From Pseudomonadota bacterium (lineage in GTDB: Bacteria > Campylobacterota > Campylobacteria > Campylobacterales > Sulfurimonadaceae): 64,000 nt of DNA. The stretch spans positions 1-64,000 of the forward strand of contig JAZDQA010000011.1 in the NCBI GenBank assembly GCA_043797085.1. Direction: 5' to 3'. Made by a program: the position numbers and the translations under genes. Under the pieces are notes generated by a model, which worked only from the letters and a program-made list of their open reading frames with translations, searched no databases and was not told where the DNA came from. Below, piece after piece: positions 11,729 through 21,642 of this stretch. The stretch's first letter is position 1. Each line of letters opens with the position of its first letter.

Positions 11729-12172
11729 TTACTTGTCCACGATCATAGCTTTGAGTTCAGCTTGAGCAACAAGAGTGTCGTCTACATACGCTTTGCCCTC
11801 TAAAACCCAGATGGCACCTTTGTGTTTGATGACGTTCATACGGTATTGGAGACGATCTCCGGGACGGACAGGGGCACGAAATTTTGCACCATCGATACTC
11901 ATGAAATAAACTACTTTATGAGCGGCTTCTTCTTCGGTCATATCCATGCTTTGAAATGCCAAGATTCCGCCGGCTTGCGCCATTCCCTCTAAAATCATAA
12001 CGCCCGGATAAATCGGGTGACCAGGGAAATGACCTTCGAATATTTGTTCACCTATGGTGACGTTTTTGAAGCCGACAAGTGACTCATTGGGAGTAAGTTC
12101 GGTTACTCTATCGACGAGGAGAAATGGGAAACGGTGGGGTAAAATTTTTTGTATTTGAACGACATCCATCAT
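11729..12172 (-). CDS. fabZ: 3-hydroxyacyl-ACP dehydratase
   Basis: [23 protein letters not shown]. Confidence 0.97.
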   Translation of the reverse strand: MMDVVQIQKILPHRFPFLLVDRVTELTPNESLVGFKNVTIGEQIFEGHFPGHPIYPGVMILEGMAQAGGILAFQSMDMTEEEAAHKVVYFMSIDGAKFRAPVRPGDRLQYRMNVIKHKGAIWVLEGKAYVDDTLVAQAELKAMIVDK

Positions 12173-12254
12173 ATTTGTAAACACCTTAGGTAAAAAAATC
12201 CCCCAATTTTACCGCAAAAATAGTTAATTAATAATAATTAGATTTCAACTTATT

Positions 12255-13859
12255 TTAAATAGTAATTTTGAGTGCATGTTTCACAAGTAAGTCTGCTACT
12301 TCAAAACTTGCATCCACAAACTCTAACTCAGGCAGATCTCTCATACTTTTTCGCTCTTCAACACTGTCAATTTTTAGAATTATTTTTGCTTTTGGGTCGT
12401 AACGGAGCACGGCTTCACTAATAAGACGACGCTTGTGTTCACTGATCATTGTGATTATGACCGCTTTTGCCTCTTTTACCATTAAGGATTCGAGAACAGG
12501 GAGTTTGTCAAGGTGCCCAAAATACGCCATATAACCAAGTTTTCGAGCATGTAAAACATGTCTTAGGTTGTCCGAGATAATGATGAAGTTGCCCTCTTGA
12601 GCCTGAAGATTCGATGCAACGATTTTACCCAGTACCCCAAACCCTGCAATGATGATGTGATTTTGACGCTCGATAGGGGTGATGACGTCGGATTCGTAAA
12701 ACTCTTTTTCGAAATACGACGAGAGCTTATAAATATTTCCAATAATAAACGGGGTAAGAATCATCGAAATAACACTTACCAAAATCAAAAAACTTGCCAT
12801 TTCGGATGAAATGAGTTTTTCTGCTCCCGCCAAAGCAAAAATAGCAAAGGAAAACTCCCCAATCTGTGCAAGTGCGAGAGCAGTTTTGGCAGAGGTGTTT
12901 TTATCGGAATTACGTCGGATAATGCCATAAATAACTACCGCTTTAAAGAGCATGGAAAAGATGAAAATAAACGTGATGATGTGGATATTTTCTAAAAAAT
13001 AGAGCATATTGATTTTGGTTCCAACACCGAAGAAAAAGGCTCCCAGAAGTAAATCTTTATAGCTTGCGATATCCGACTCGACTTTGACGTTAAAACGAGT
13101 GTCGGCGATAATCATCCCGGCGATAAAGGCTCCAAGAGAGTAGGTAAATCCCATACTGTGGGCAAGCAATGAAGCACCGATAAGAATGGAAAATACGGAA
13201 CCCAAAAAGAGCTCTTCAAGCTCTGTTTTAGCCGAAAACTGCAAAAGTGCATTAACAATCTTTTCACCAATGGTAAACATAAATACCACGACAATCACGG
13301 CGGATAAAACGGTTTTAAGCAATACTTCACCCAAAGAGAGGGTATCGTTGGACAAAAAGGTGATAAGCAATAAAATAGGGATAACGGCGAGGTCTTGAAA
13401 GATTAAAATCCCCATCGATTTTTGCCCATACGGAGTGTGGATGTCTTTGGACTCTTTGAGATAGGTGAGGACGATGGCAGTCGATGAGAGTGAAAACGCC
13501 AGCGAGATGATGAGCGACGTGTTGAAATCAAGGTGAAATAGAAAATAGGAGAGTAAAAAGATCACTACAACACTGAAAACCACTTGGAGTATACCGTTGG
13601 TGAGGAGGATATCTTTCATTTTTTTGATTTTTTCCAGACTCAGTTCCAGTCCGATCGTAAACATCAAAAATACGATCCCGAATTCTCCGATTAATTCTAA
13701 AGAATCATTGCCATGTCCATTGAAGCCAAAGAGGGTGCTAATGATTGTCCCTGTTGCAATGTAGCCTATGATATGCGAGATACCGAAACGTTTAAGGATG
13801 ATGTTGAGAACCGTTGCGATGGCAATGGTTAAAAAGATTGATAAAAGTAAAGTTTCCAT
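12255..13859 (-). CDS. CPA2 (Kef-type) cation:proton antiporter with TrkA-N domain
   Basis: Multi-TM, GILIFQDLA, LAQIGEFSF, C-terminal GFGVLG Rossmann motif. Confidence 0.9.
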   Translation of the reverse strand: METLLLSIFLTIAIATVLNIILKRFGISHIIGYIATGTIISTLFGFNGHGNDSLELIGEFGIVFLMFTIGLELSLEKIKKMKDILLTNGILQVVFSVVVIFLLSYFLFHLDFNTSLIISLAFSLSSTAIVLTYLKESKDIHTPYGQKSMGILIFQDLAVIPILLLITFLSNDTLSLGEVLLKTVLSAVIVVVFMFTIGEKIVNALLQFSAKTELEELFLGSVFSILIGASLLAHSMGFTYSLGAFIAGMIIADTRFNVKVESDIASYKDLLLGAFFFGVGTKINMLYFLENIHIITFIFIFSMLFKAVVIYGIIRRNSDKNTSAKTALALAQIGEFSFAIFALAGAEKLISSEMASFLILVSVISMILTPFIIGNIYKLSSYFEKEFYESDVITPIERQNHIIIAGFGVLGKIVASNLQAQEGNFIIISDNLRHVLHARKLGYMAYFGHLDKLPVLESLMVKEAKAVIITMISEHKRRLISEAVLRYDPKAKIILKIDSVEERKSMRDLPELEFVDASFEVADLLVKHALKITI

Positions 13860-14002
13860 AGAGACATTATAGTGCAAGGTCTGTACTACAGGTGGTTAAA
13901 AAGTTACCAAAATCAATTTGAATATAAAATAATATTTTTACATGCTGATATTTGTTTTTTTTGTGTCATAATAATGAAATTAAAAACAAATAGGATATAA
14001 CT

Positions 14003-14368
14003 ATGAAAAATATGCTAAAAAAAGCACAAGAACAGTTTCGGACAATCCAAGTGTTACTGAGTTTTCCGGATAGCCCTAAGAGTAACTATTTTACACGACT
14101 CAGTATTGCAACGGAAGAGGCGTATTTTACAATGAATGCTGGGATGTGTTCAAATATCCAACTATGTAAAAACTGTTTAAAGCATCGCGATTTTATTCGC
14201 TCACTCATGGATGTACTTAGTGAATTAGAGGTCAATAGTGAGGGCGCTGAAAAATATAGTATGCATTTGTCCGAATATTTGATAAGAGTTAATATAATCT
14301 TGGATCGAATCTCAGCAGTTTTATCTTTAAATGTTGATTCACGGCTAAAACATAATTTACCTTTATAA
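14003..14368 (+). CDS. Hypothetical protein (Cys/His cluster)
   Basis: AGGA RBS upstream, fills the gap between two minus-strand genes, contains C-x5-C-x2-C-x2-H. Confidence 0.6.
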   Translation: MKNMLKKAQEQFRTIQVLLSFPDSPKSNYFTRLSIATEEAYFTMNAGMCSNIQLCKNCLKHRDFIRSLMDVLSELEVNSEGAEKYSMHLSEYLIRVNIILDRISAVLSLNVDSRLKHNLPL

Positions 14369-14424
14369 TATATCCCTTCAACGTTTTCGTTTGGAATGGA
14401 GATAGATAGAGTGTGAAAAAATGC

Positions 14425-15519
14425 TTATTGGGAATGAGTGTAAATACGAATAAGCTTCTCTCTCGTATCGTCATACGTTTTTGTCTCTAAGAGAAGGGTG
14501 ATTTTAGCGGTTGGTATTTCATCCACGATGATAATCGCCGAAGTATTAAACGGACTTTCGGTCAAATGAGAACGCAGAGCCATTTCAGTCTCAATGGAGG
14601 GTGCATTAAACATCAATTCTTGTGTATTTTTATAGACGGATGAGGTGAGGGTGTTGAACGTAGATAGCGTGATAAAACGGACTTCTTCGCGATTGAGAAA
14701 AAATTGACTGTTTATCTCAAAATCGATTTTCCCCTCTGTTGATGTTCGGTTGATCGTCGAGTAGAAGAGGGGATAGGCGGGGATGATTTCAGAGCCTGTT
14801 TTTACCGAAGCACGCATGAGCCGATAATTTAAAAAACGTTCTTTGATAATCTTGTACGAAATATTTTCATCTTCAAGTTTCATTCGATGGGTATAAAGTG
14901 CTAGTCGCTCTTCAATGGACGAAGGGAGAACTTGCTTGGAAATAGGGGAAAACATCTCATCCATTAGTCGATGTTGTTGGTCACGCTGCATGGTGAGTCC
15001 GAAAATACAACCGCAATAGTCTTGACGATACAGTTGTTCTTCTTTGCTCACACGGGATTGGTCATTGCTTCCGCCGTTTTTACGGTAATCGAAAGCGATG
15101 AATTCCACACCGTGAGAGGCATGAAAGGTATCGCCTGATTTTTTGAGCTGTTCTTGTGATTTTAGAGGACTGACAAGGAGGGTTGTGGTCATCGATTTTT
15201 CACCGAGTTCCAATGCTTTGTACGCACTCACTTCGAAACGTCGGTCAAAGCACACTTCACAGCGTGATCCCTTTTCGGGTTCTTTTTCTAAACCTCGGAC
15301 GGCGTCCATCCAGTTTTCAAAATCGTATTCGCCTTCGATGAGCTCAATCCCCAGTTTTTGACAGCTTCGTGTTACGTCCAAAAGACGGAGTTGATATTCG
15401 CTGTAAGGGTGGATATTGGGATCATAGAAGAACCCGATGAGTTTTTCATCGGGGAATTCCTGCTGCAGTTTTTCCATAAAGAAATGGGAATCGACGCTGC
15501 AACAGATGTGGACTAACAT
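14425..15519 (-). CDS. queH: Epoxyqueuosine reductase QueH (DUF208), long Campylobacterota form
   Basis: HICCSVDS, PNIHP..EY, RCEVCF, YRQDYCGC. Confidence 0.88.
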   Translation of the reverse strand: MLVHICCSVDSHFFMEKLQQEFPDEKLIGFFYDPNIHPYSEYQLRLLDVTRSCQKLGIELIEGEYDFENWMDAVRGLEKEPEKGSRCEVCFDRRFEVSAYKALELGEKSMTTTLLVSPLKSQEQLKKSGDTFHASHGVEFIAFDYRKNGGSNDQSRVSKEEQLYRQDYCGCIFGLTMQRDQQHRLMDEMFSPISKQVLPSSIEERLALYTHRMKLEDENISYKIIKERFLNYRLMRASVKTGSEIIPAYPLFYSTINRTSTEGKIDFEINSQFFLNREEVRFITLSTFNTLTSSVYKNTQELMFNAPSIETEMALRSHLTESPFNTSAIIIVDEIPTAKITLLLETKTYDDTREKLIRIYTHSQ

Positions 15520-15521
15520 AA

Positions 15522-16028
15522 TTAGTCGCGTGTCGCCAAAATTTCAACTTTTTCAATAACATCACGCATAGCAATAGAGTCAAGAACTGCCATAGATTGG
15601 GCATCGTCTTTCTCGATTCCTCCGAATACTGTGTGAACACCATCAAGATGAGGAGTTGCAGCAAAACAGATGAAGAACTGGCTTCCTCCTGTGTTTGGTC
15701 CTGCGTGTGCCATTGACAATGTTCCCTTAACGTGACGGTGCGTGTTAAGTGCTGTTTCGCATGGGATCGCCCAACCTGGTCCGCCTGTACCTGTACCATG
15801 AGGACAACCGCCCTGCGCCATGAATCCTGGGATTACGCGGTGAAAGTTAAGACCGTCATAATAGCCGTCTTTTACCATTGCCGCGAAGTTCGCAACGGTG
15901 TTTGGAGTTTCATCATTGTAAAGTTTAATCCACATAACCCCTTTTGCGGTGGTCATTTTTGCCCATTGGTAACTTGCCATCTCTTCTGGAGTGACAGTAT
16001 AGGTTTTGAGTTCTTTGCGTCCGAACAT
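15522..16028 (-). CDS. Cyclophilin-type peptidyl-prolyl cis-trans isomerase
   Basis: FHRVIPGFMAQGG, SQFFI, HLDGVHTVFG. Confidence 0.95.
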   Translation of the reverse strand: MFGRKELKTYTVTPEEMASYQWAKMTTAKGVMWIKLYNDETPNTVANFAAMVKDGYYDGLNFHRVIPGFMAQGGCPHGTGTGGPGWAIPCETALNTHRHVKGTLSMAHAGPNTGGSQFFICFAATPHLDGVHTVFGGIEKDDAQSMAVLDSIAMRDVIEKVEILATRD

Positions 16029-16090
16029 TAGGTGATCCTTGAGGGAATTTTTTGAAATTATAGTCGCTTTTTCTTAACCAATCGGGTGTA

Positions 16091-17350
16091 ATGAGTTATA
16101 ATGGAGCAATTTTATTTGACAGGAATAGCATGGAGTCATGGTTACAGCGTAGGTTGTCTCGTATCTCTTTACGAGAACTTAATTTCTATACTATTGTTTT
16201 TATTCTCTTTTTTACCCTTATTTTTTCATCATTACTAATTTACGATGAGTATAAAGATTTTTTAAAAACAGCCCAAGACGGTGTTGTAGTCACTAATACA
16301 CTCTCTTCAATCGCTCCTCATTCATTTCAAAATTTACCTAAAACACGTTTGATTAAAATTATGGTTGAGATTGCGACGCTGGCGTTGATTTTATTTGGGT
16401 TTATTGTGGGAATCTCGAAAATTATTAACAGTATGATTGCCCGTGATATGGAGCGTTTTTTGACTTTTTTTGAATCGGCGCATGAAAAACCGAAAGAAAT
16501 TCTTCCTGACGAACTTTATTTTAATGAGTTCAAAAAAATGGCGGGATATGCCAATGAAATGGGATTAACGATTTATGAGCAAAAAGAGTCACTTCGGGCG
16601 CTTAATGCAAATTTGGAAGATCGGGTGAAACATAAAACAAAAGCGTTGCAAGCAAAAAATGAAGCGCTTGAAGAGGAACAGATGTTTTCACAAGGCTTGC
16701 TCGAATCGCACAAGCAATTTATCCGTTATGCGATTCACGAAACGCACACGCCGCTTTCGGTGATTATGGCAAATATTGAGTTGTTTAGTATGAGCGAGGG
16801 GCGTAACCGATATCTGGCTAAAATCGAAGCGGCGGTTAAAAATATCTTTAGTATTTACGATGATTTAAGTTATTTAGTGAAAAAAGATCAGATCGAATAT
16901 CCCAAAAAAGCGATGGATTTGGCAGAATACGTCGAAAAAAGGCTGGAGTTTTTTGATGAAGTTGCCCACTTTTCCAATCTCTCTTTTGAATACGAAAAAC
17001 CTGAATTTCCTGCATGGATTCATTTTAATGAAACAAAGCTTCAGCGTGTAATCGACAATAATCTGACAAATGCGATCAAATACACTAAAAATGGGGAAGT
17101 GGTTCGAGTGGGGGTCAGCTCCAACGTCGATGCGTGCTTATTTTGGGTTGAGAGCCGCTCTCAAAAAATTCAGGATGTGGATAAGATTTTTGAAGCCTAC
17201 TATCGGGAGCGTAAAAAAACCGATGGATTTGGGTTGGGACTTAGTTTGGTAAAATCGATTTGCGATGAGGAAAGGGTTGAAATTCATATTGATTCAACGG
17301 TTGAATATACCCGTTTCGACTATCAGTTTCCTAAAAAGGGGGATGCTTGA
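16091..17350 (+). CDS. Sensor histidine kinase
   Basis: Two TM segments, H-box HETHTPL, NNLTNAIKY, GFGLGL. Confidence 0.9.
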   Translation: MSYNGAILFDRNSMESWLQRRLSRISLRELNFYTIVFILFFTLIFSSLLIYDEYKDFLKTAQDGVVVTNTLSSIAPHSFQNLPKTRLIKIMVEIATLALILFGFIVGISKIINSMIARDMERFLTFFESAHEKPKEILPDELYFNEFKKMAGYANEMGLTIYEQKESLRALNANLEDRVKHKTKALQAKNEALEEEQMFSQGLLESHKQFIRYAIHETHTPLSVIMANIELFSMSEGRNRYLAKIEAAVKNIFSIYDDLSYLVKKDQIEYPKKAMDLAEYVEKRLEFFDEVAHFSNLSFEYEKPEFPAWIHFNETKLQRVIDNNLTNAIKYTKNGEVVRVGVSSNVDACLFWVESRSQKIQDVDKIFEAYYRERKKTDGFGLGLSLVKSICDEERVEIHIDSTVEYTRFDYQFPKKGDA

Positions 17351-18012
17351 AAATTCTTTTGTTGGAAGATGAACAAATGCTCAGTGAAGCAATTAGCGAA
17401 TATCTGGTGACATTAGGGCATCGCGTTGTGACGTGCTATGACGGGAGCGAAGCGTTGGTGTGTATTCAAGGTGAGAATTTTGATTTGCTCATATTGGACA
17501 TTAATGTTCCGGGAATCGATGGGCTGGATTTACTCGAACAGCTTCATGTCCTTAAAATTCGTCCTCCCGCGATTTACATCAGTGCTTTAGCGGACATCGA
17601 GGGGATTAGTCGAGCGTATGATTTAGGATGTTATGATTATCTCAAAAAACCGTTTCATCTTAAAGAACTCTCTTTGCGCATTGATAAAGTGATGCAAAAT
17701 TGTCTTATTCCCCAAAGTCATACACGTCTTTCGAAGAGCTACGCGTATGACGCTTCCACGTCTACTTTACTGTGTGATAACGTAACACATCCTCTCTCAA
17801 AACGGCAATTGCAGATTATTGATCTATTAGCACGAAATCGTGGTCGTGTCGTTGATTTTGATCAGTTTCGTACCTATATATGGGATGATGAGTACGTGGA
17901 TAATGCAACGATACGTGCGGAAGTAAGTCGTCTAAAAAAATCTTTGAAAGAAGATTTTATTCAAAATATTCGCGCATTAGGGTACATGATCGACATTCCT
18001 CGCTCTGTATGA
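17347..18012 (+). CDS. OmpR-family response regulator
   Basis: LLEDE, LDINVP, KPF receiver motifs; winged-helix tail IRALGY. Confidence 0.93.
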   Translation: MKILLLEDEQMLSEAISEYLVTLGHRVVTCYDGSEALVCIQGENFDLLILDINVPGIDGLDLLEQLHVLKIRPPAIYISALADIEGISRAYDLGCYDYLKKPFHLKELSLRIDKVMQNCLIPQSHTRLSKSYAYDASTSTLLCDNVTHPLSKRQLQIIDLLARNRGRVVDFDQFRTYIWDDEYVDNATIRAEVSRLKKSLKEDFIQNIRALGYMIDIPRSV

Positions 18013-18080
18013 CGTTACTTTTTTACTCATTTTTTTTGTCTCGTTTTAATTTTTATAGATAACTTTTTCTAATTTATCAA

Positions 18081-18114
18081 ATGCTACGTTCATGCTACGT
18101 TTACTTTCTATGAT
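18081..18114 (+). promoter_or_regulatory. Tandem direct-repeat operator plus putative -10 of the porin-actP-acs operon
   Basis: ATGCTACGTT at 18081-18090 and 18092-18101 (11-bp period), then TATGAT at 18109-18114. Confidence 0.6.
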
Positions 18115-18143
18115 GACAGTGTAAGAAACCAAAAGGAGCAAAA

Positions 18144-19496
18144 ATGAAACGAGCGATACATCTATCGTTTTTAGCATCAATCATTGTTGTCAACAGTATG
18201 GCAGCTGATGATTTAGTTGGAATGTTTAATGAAGGAAAAGTTAGCGGGCAGTTTCGTGAGTTTACAATTAGCCGTGAGGTTGATGATACACGTCCTACTT
18301 TAAATAACGATTATACGCGCAAAGCTAATGCGATTGGTGGATACATCAAGTATGAAACGGGCGCATGGAATGGATTGAGCCTAGGTACAGCAGCATATGG
18401 GACAATCGGTTTTCATTTAGGAAATCGTGCTAATGTAAACGATGTGGATCCAACGTTACTTGGTGAACAAAACAGCAATGACCTTTATCTTGGTGAAGCG
18501 TATTTACAATATAAAAACGGAAATACAGCATTTAAAGCGGGTCGTCAAAAGCTTGATACTCCTTTAGCGGGAAGCGATGACGCTCGTATGCTTCCAAACC
18601 TTTTTGAAGCATATGTACTTTCTAATACTGATATAAAAGATACGACATTAATCGCAGCGCATGTAACAAAGTTCGCGCAAGGGACATTCGGACGTGCTTA
18701 TGCAGCTACAAATCCGGTAGGAATTAATTCTATTCTTAGTGTCACATCTGGGTATTCACTAATTGATTCTCGTAATCAAACGGGTGATTTTACCGACATG
18801 GGTAAATATGCGATCGGTCAAAATACTGACGGCGTGACTGCCGTAGCAGCCGTTTACACAGGTATTAAAGGTCTAAAACTCCAACTTTGGGATTATTATG
18901 CTCATGATATTTTGAATGCAGTTTACGGTGAAGCAAACTATGGTTGGTCGTACGATAGCGGTGTAGCACCGTATGTTGCGGCACAATGGATAAATGAACG
19001 TGATGTTGGAAGTAGCCTTATTAACAAAGTGGATAGCGATTTTATCGGTGCTAAAATGGGTGTTAAAGTAGCTAATTTTGATCTCTCAGCAGCGGTTTCT
19101 CATAATAGTAAAGATGCGTCATCTGCTGTAAGTGGCGGGACTATTTCTCCATGGGGCGGAATGCCTGCGTATACCCAAGGTATGGTAACGCGTCATCAGT
19201 TTTTGGCAGGTACCGATGCTATGAAAATTGCGGGTAGTTATGACTGGAAAAATTTTGGAATTAATCTTAATACCGGAGTTTATTACACCGAGTTTGATAT
19301 GGATAAACTAAATGGTTATTCCACAAATTATGCTTGGACGGCAAAAGAGTCAGGATTTGATATTATTTTCAATCCGCAAACAATTAAAAATCTGCAATTG
19401 CGTCTACGTGCAAACTATGCGGATGATTTTTATCAAAATGCAACCGGTTCAGTCAGCTGGGATGAATATCGCTTTATCGCAAACTACAACTTTTAA
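18144..19496 (+). CDS. OprD-family outer membrane porin
   Basis: Signal peptide, GRQKLDTPL..SDD.RM, terminal YRFIANYNF. Confidence 0.85.
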   Translation: MKRAIHLSFLASIIVVNSMAADDLVGMFNEGKVSGQFREFTISREVDDTRPTLNNDYTRKANAIGGYIKYETGAWNGLSLGTAAYGTIGFHLGNRANVNDVDPTLLGEQNSNDLYLGEAYLQYKNGNTAFKAGRQKLDTPLAGSDDARMLPNLFEAYVLSNTDIKDTTLIAAHVTKFAQGTFGRAYAATNPVGINSILSVTSGYSLIDSRNQTGDFTDMGKYAIGQNTDGVTAVAAVYTGIKGLKLQLWDYYAHDILNAVYGEANYGWSYDSGVAPYVAAQWINERDVGSSLINKVDSDFIGAKMGVKVANFDLSAAVSHNSKDASSAVSGGTISPWGGMPAYTQGMVTRHQFLAGTDAMKIAGSYDWKNFGINLNTGVYYTEFDMDKLNGYSTNYAWTAKESGFDIIFNPQTIKNLQLRLRANYADDFYQNATGSVSWDEYRFIANYNF

Positions 19497-19508
19497 AGGA
19501 GGTTTATT

Positions 19509-19823
19509 ATGAAACAAGAAATGGTTGATCGTATTAAAAACGATCCGGATTTTATTCAGCTTGTCACTGTGCGAAGTAAATTCGCATGGACATTGACAAT
19601 CGTTATGTTAGTGATTTATTTTGGTTTTGTATTGACGATTGCGTTTGATCCGTCGATTTTGGGAACTCCTCTCTCTTCGGGTTCAGTTACAACAGTTGGA
19701 ATTCCTGTGGGCGTTGCTGTTATTCTCAGTGCGTTTCTTTTGACAGGAATTTATGTACGTCGTGCAAACGGTGAGTTCGATGAGCTTACTCGTCGTATTA
19801 AAAGCAAAGCGAAGGGGGAATAA
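19509..19823 (+). CDS. DUF485 (YjcH-like) small membrane protein
   Basis: Two TM segments, YVRRAN..FD motif, directly upstream of actP. Confidence 0.9.
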   Translation: MKQEMVDRIKNDPDFIQLVTVRSKFAWTLTIVMLVIYFGFVLTIAFDPSILGTPLSSGSVTTVGIPVGVAVILSAFLLTGIYVRRANGEFDELTRRIKSKAKGE

Positions 19824-21484
19824 TGAAACCAATACTCTTTTTACTTCTTGGATCAGCTGGAATATTCGCCAGTGAAGCACTCACGGGTGCAGTAGAAAAA
19901 CAAGCGTTAAATATGTCAGCGATTATCATGTTCTTGATTTTTGTTGGAGCGACACTCGGAATCACGTATTGGGCGGCAAAACGTACCAAAACGGCAAAAG
20001 ATTTCTACACCGCAGGCGGTGGAATTACCGGTTTTCAAAACGGTATGGCGATTGCGGGAGACTATATGTCTGCGGCATCTTTTTTGGGTATTTCAGCTCT
20101 AGTATACGGAAAAGGGTATGACGGTTTGATCTACTCTATCGGTTTCTTGGTTGGATGGCCGATTATTTTGTTTATGGTGGCTGAACAGCTTCGTAATCTT
20201 GGTAAATATACGTTTGCAGACGTTGCATCGTACCGTTTGCGTCAAACGCCTATTCGTACATTGGCAGCATTTGGTTCAATTGCAACGGTTATTTTGTATC
20301 TCATCGCTCAAATGGTCGGTGCGGGTAAATTGATTCAGCTTCTTTTCGGACTTGAGTATGAAATCGCGGTTGTATTGGTCGGTGTATTGATGATTCTTTA
20401 CGTCACTTTTGGCGGAATGCTCGCAACGACGTGGGTACAAATCATTAAAGCGTTCTTATTGCTCTCGGGCGCAACCTTTATGGCGATTGCGGTTATGGCT
20501 CACTATAACTTCAACTTCGAGACATTGTTTGCGACTGCGGTTGAAATGAAAGACGTAAGCATTATGGCTCCGGGTAAATTGGTATCTGATCCGATTTCAG
20601 CGATTTCTCTAGGTATTGCTTTGATGTTTGGAACAGCGGGTCTTCCACATATCCTTATGCGCTTTTTCACCGTTAGCGATGCAAAAGAGGCACGTAAATC
20701 GGTTTTCTATGCGACAGGTTTTATCGGATATTTCTATATCTTGACGTTCATTATCGGTTTTGGTGCTATCGTTATGGTATTCCAAAATCCACAGTATCTT
20801 GATCTCGCAAAACAAGCGGTTGACGGTGGTTCTCCGATTCTTGGCGGCGATAACATGGCGGCAATTCACTTATCCCATGCAGTGGGCGGCGACTTCTTCC
20901 TAGGCTTTATCTCAGCAGTAGCGTTTGCAACGATCCTTGCGGTTGTTTCGGGGCTTACTCTTGCAGGGGCTTCAGCAATTTCACACGATCTTTATGCGAG
21001 TGTTATTCGTAAAGGCAAGGCAGACGGATTGATGGAAATGAAAGTTTCTAAAATCGCAACGGTTATTCTTGGTATTGTTGCAATCTATCTTGGTATTGCA
21101 TTTGAAGAACAAAACATTGCGTTCATGGTCGGATTGGCGTTTGCGATTGCTGCAAGTGCGAACTTCCCGATTTTGTTCCTCTCTATGTATTGGTCTAAAC
21201 TCACCACTCGCGGTGCATTGCTCGGTGGATCATTAGGTCTATTGACAGCGGCTGTTCTAGTGGTTCTTGGACCAACCGTATGGGTTGACTTCTTAGGACA
21301 TGCAGAAGCTATTTTCCCTTATAAATATCCTGCACTGTTTTCTGTGAGTGCTGCGTTTATCGGAATTTGGTTCTTCTCGATTACGGATAAAAGTGATACG
21401 GCAGCTAAAGAGCGTGAAGCATTTGAAGCTCAATACATCCGTGCTCAAACGGGTATCGGTGCTGAAGGTGCAGTAGAGCACTAA
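19823..21484 (+). CDS. actP: Cation/acetate symporter ActP
   Basis: [24 protein letters not shown]; solute:sodium symporter family. Confidence 0.93.
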   Translation: MKPILFLLLGSAGIFASEALTGAVEKQALNMSAIIMFLIFVGATLGITYWAAKRTKTAKDFYTAGGGITGFQNGMAIAGDYMSAASFLGISALVYGKGYDGLIYSIGFLVGWPIILFMVAEQLRNLGKYTFADVASYRLRQTPIRTLAAFGSIATVILYLIAQMVGAGKLIQLLFGLEYEIAVVLVGVLMILYVTFGGMLATTWVQIIKAFLLLSGATFMAIAVMAHYNFNFETLFATAVEMKDVSIMAPGKLVSDPISAISLGIALMFGTAGLPHILMRFFTVSDAKEARKSVFYATGFIGYFYILTFIIGFGAIVMVFQNPQYLDLAKQAVDGGSPILGGDNMAAIHLSHAVGGDFFLGFISAVAFATILAVVSGLTLAGASAISHDLYASVIRKGKADGLMEMKVSKIATVILGIVAIYLGIAFEEQNIAFMVGLAFAIAASANFPILFLSMYWSKLTTRGALLGGSLGLLTAAVLVVLGPTVWVDFLGHAEAIFPYKYPALFSVSAAFIGIWFFSITDKSDTAAKEREAFEAQYIRAQTGIGAEGAVEH

Positions 21485-21495
21485 TTGGAACGTCA

Positions 21496-21622
21496 GCCGA
21501 CAGCGGGGCAAGCCCTTCGCTTTTGGTTCCGAACCTACGAAAGTGAGGTTTCTCACATTCATTACGGTTCTCATGCTTGCCGCTATGGCACTAAAGCTTG
21601 CCCCTTTGGGGCAGATTTTTTT
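21496..21622 (+). other. Structured intergenic element ending in a terminator-like hairpin
   Basis: Nested stems (GCAAGC/GCTTGC, GGTT/AACC, GTGAG/CTCAC), then TGCCCC-TTT-GGGGCA plus a T-run. Confidence 0.5.
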
Positions 21623-21642
21623 CATTGAATTAGGAGTTACCT

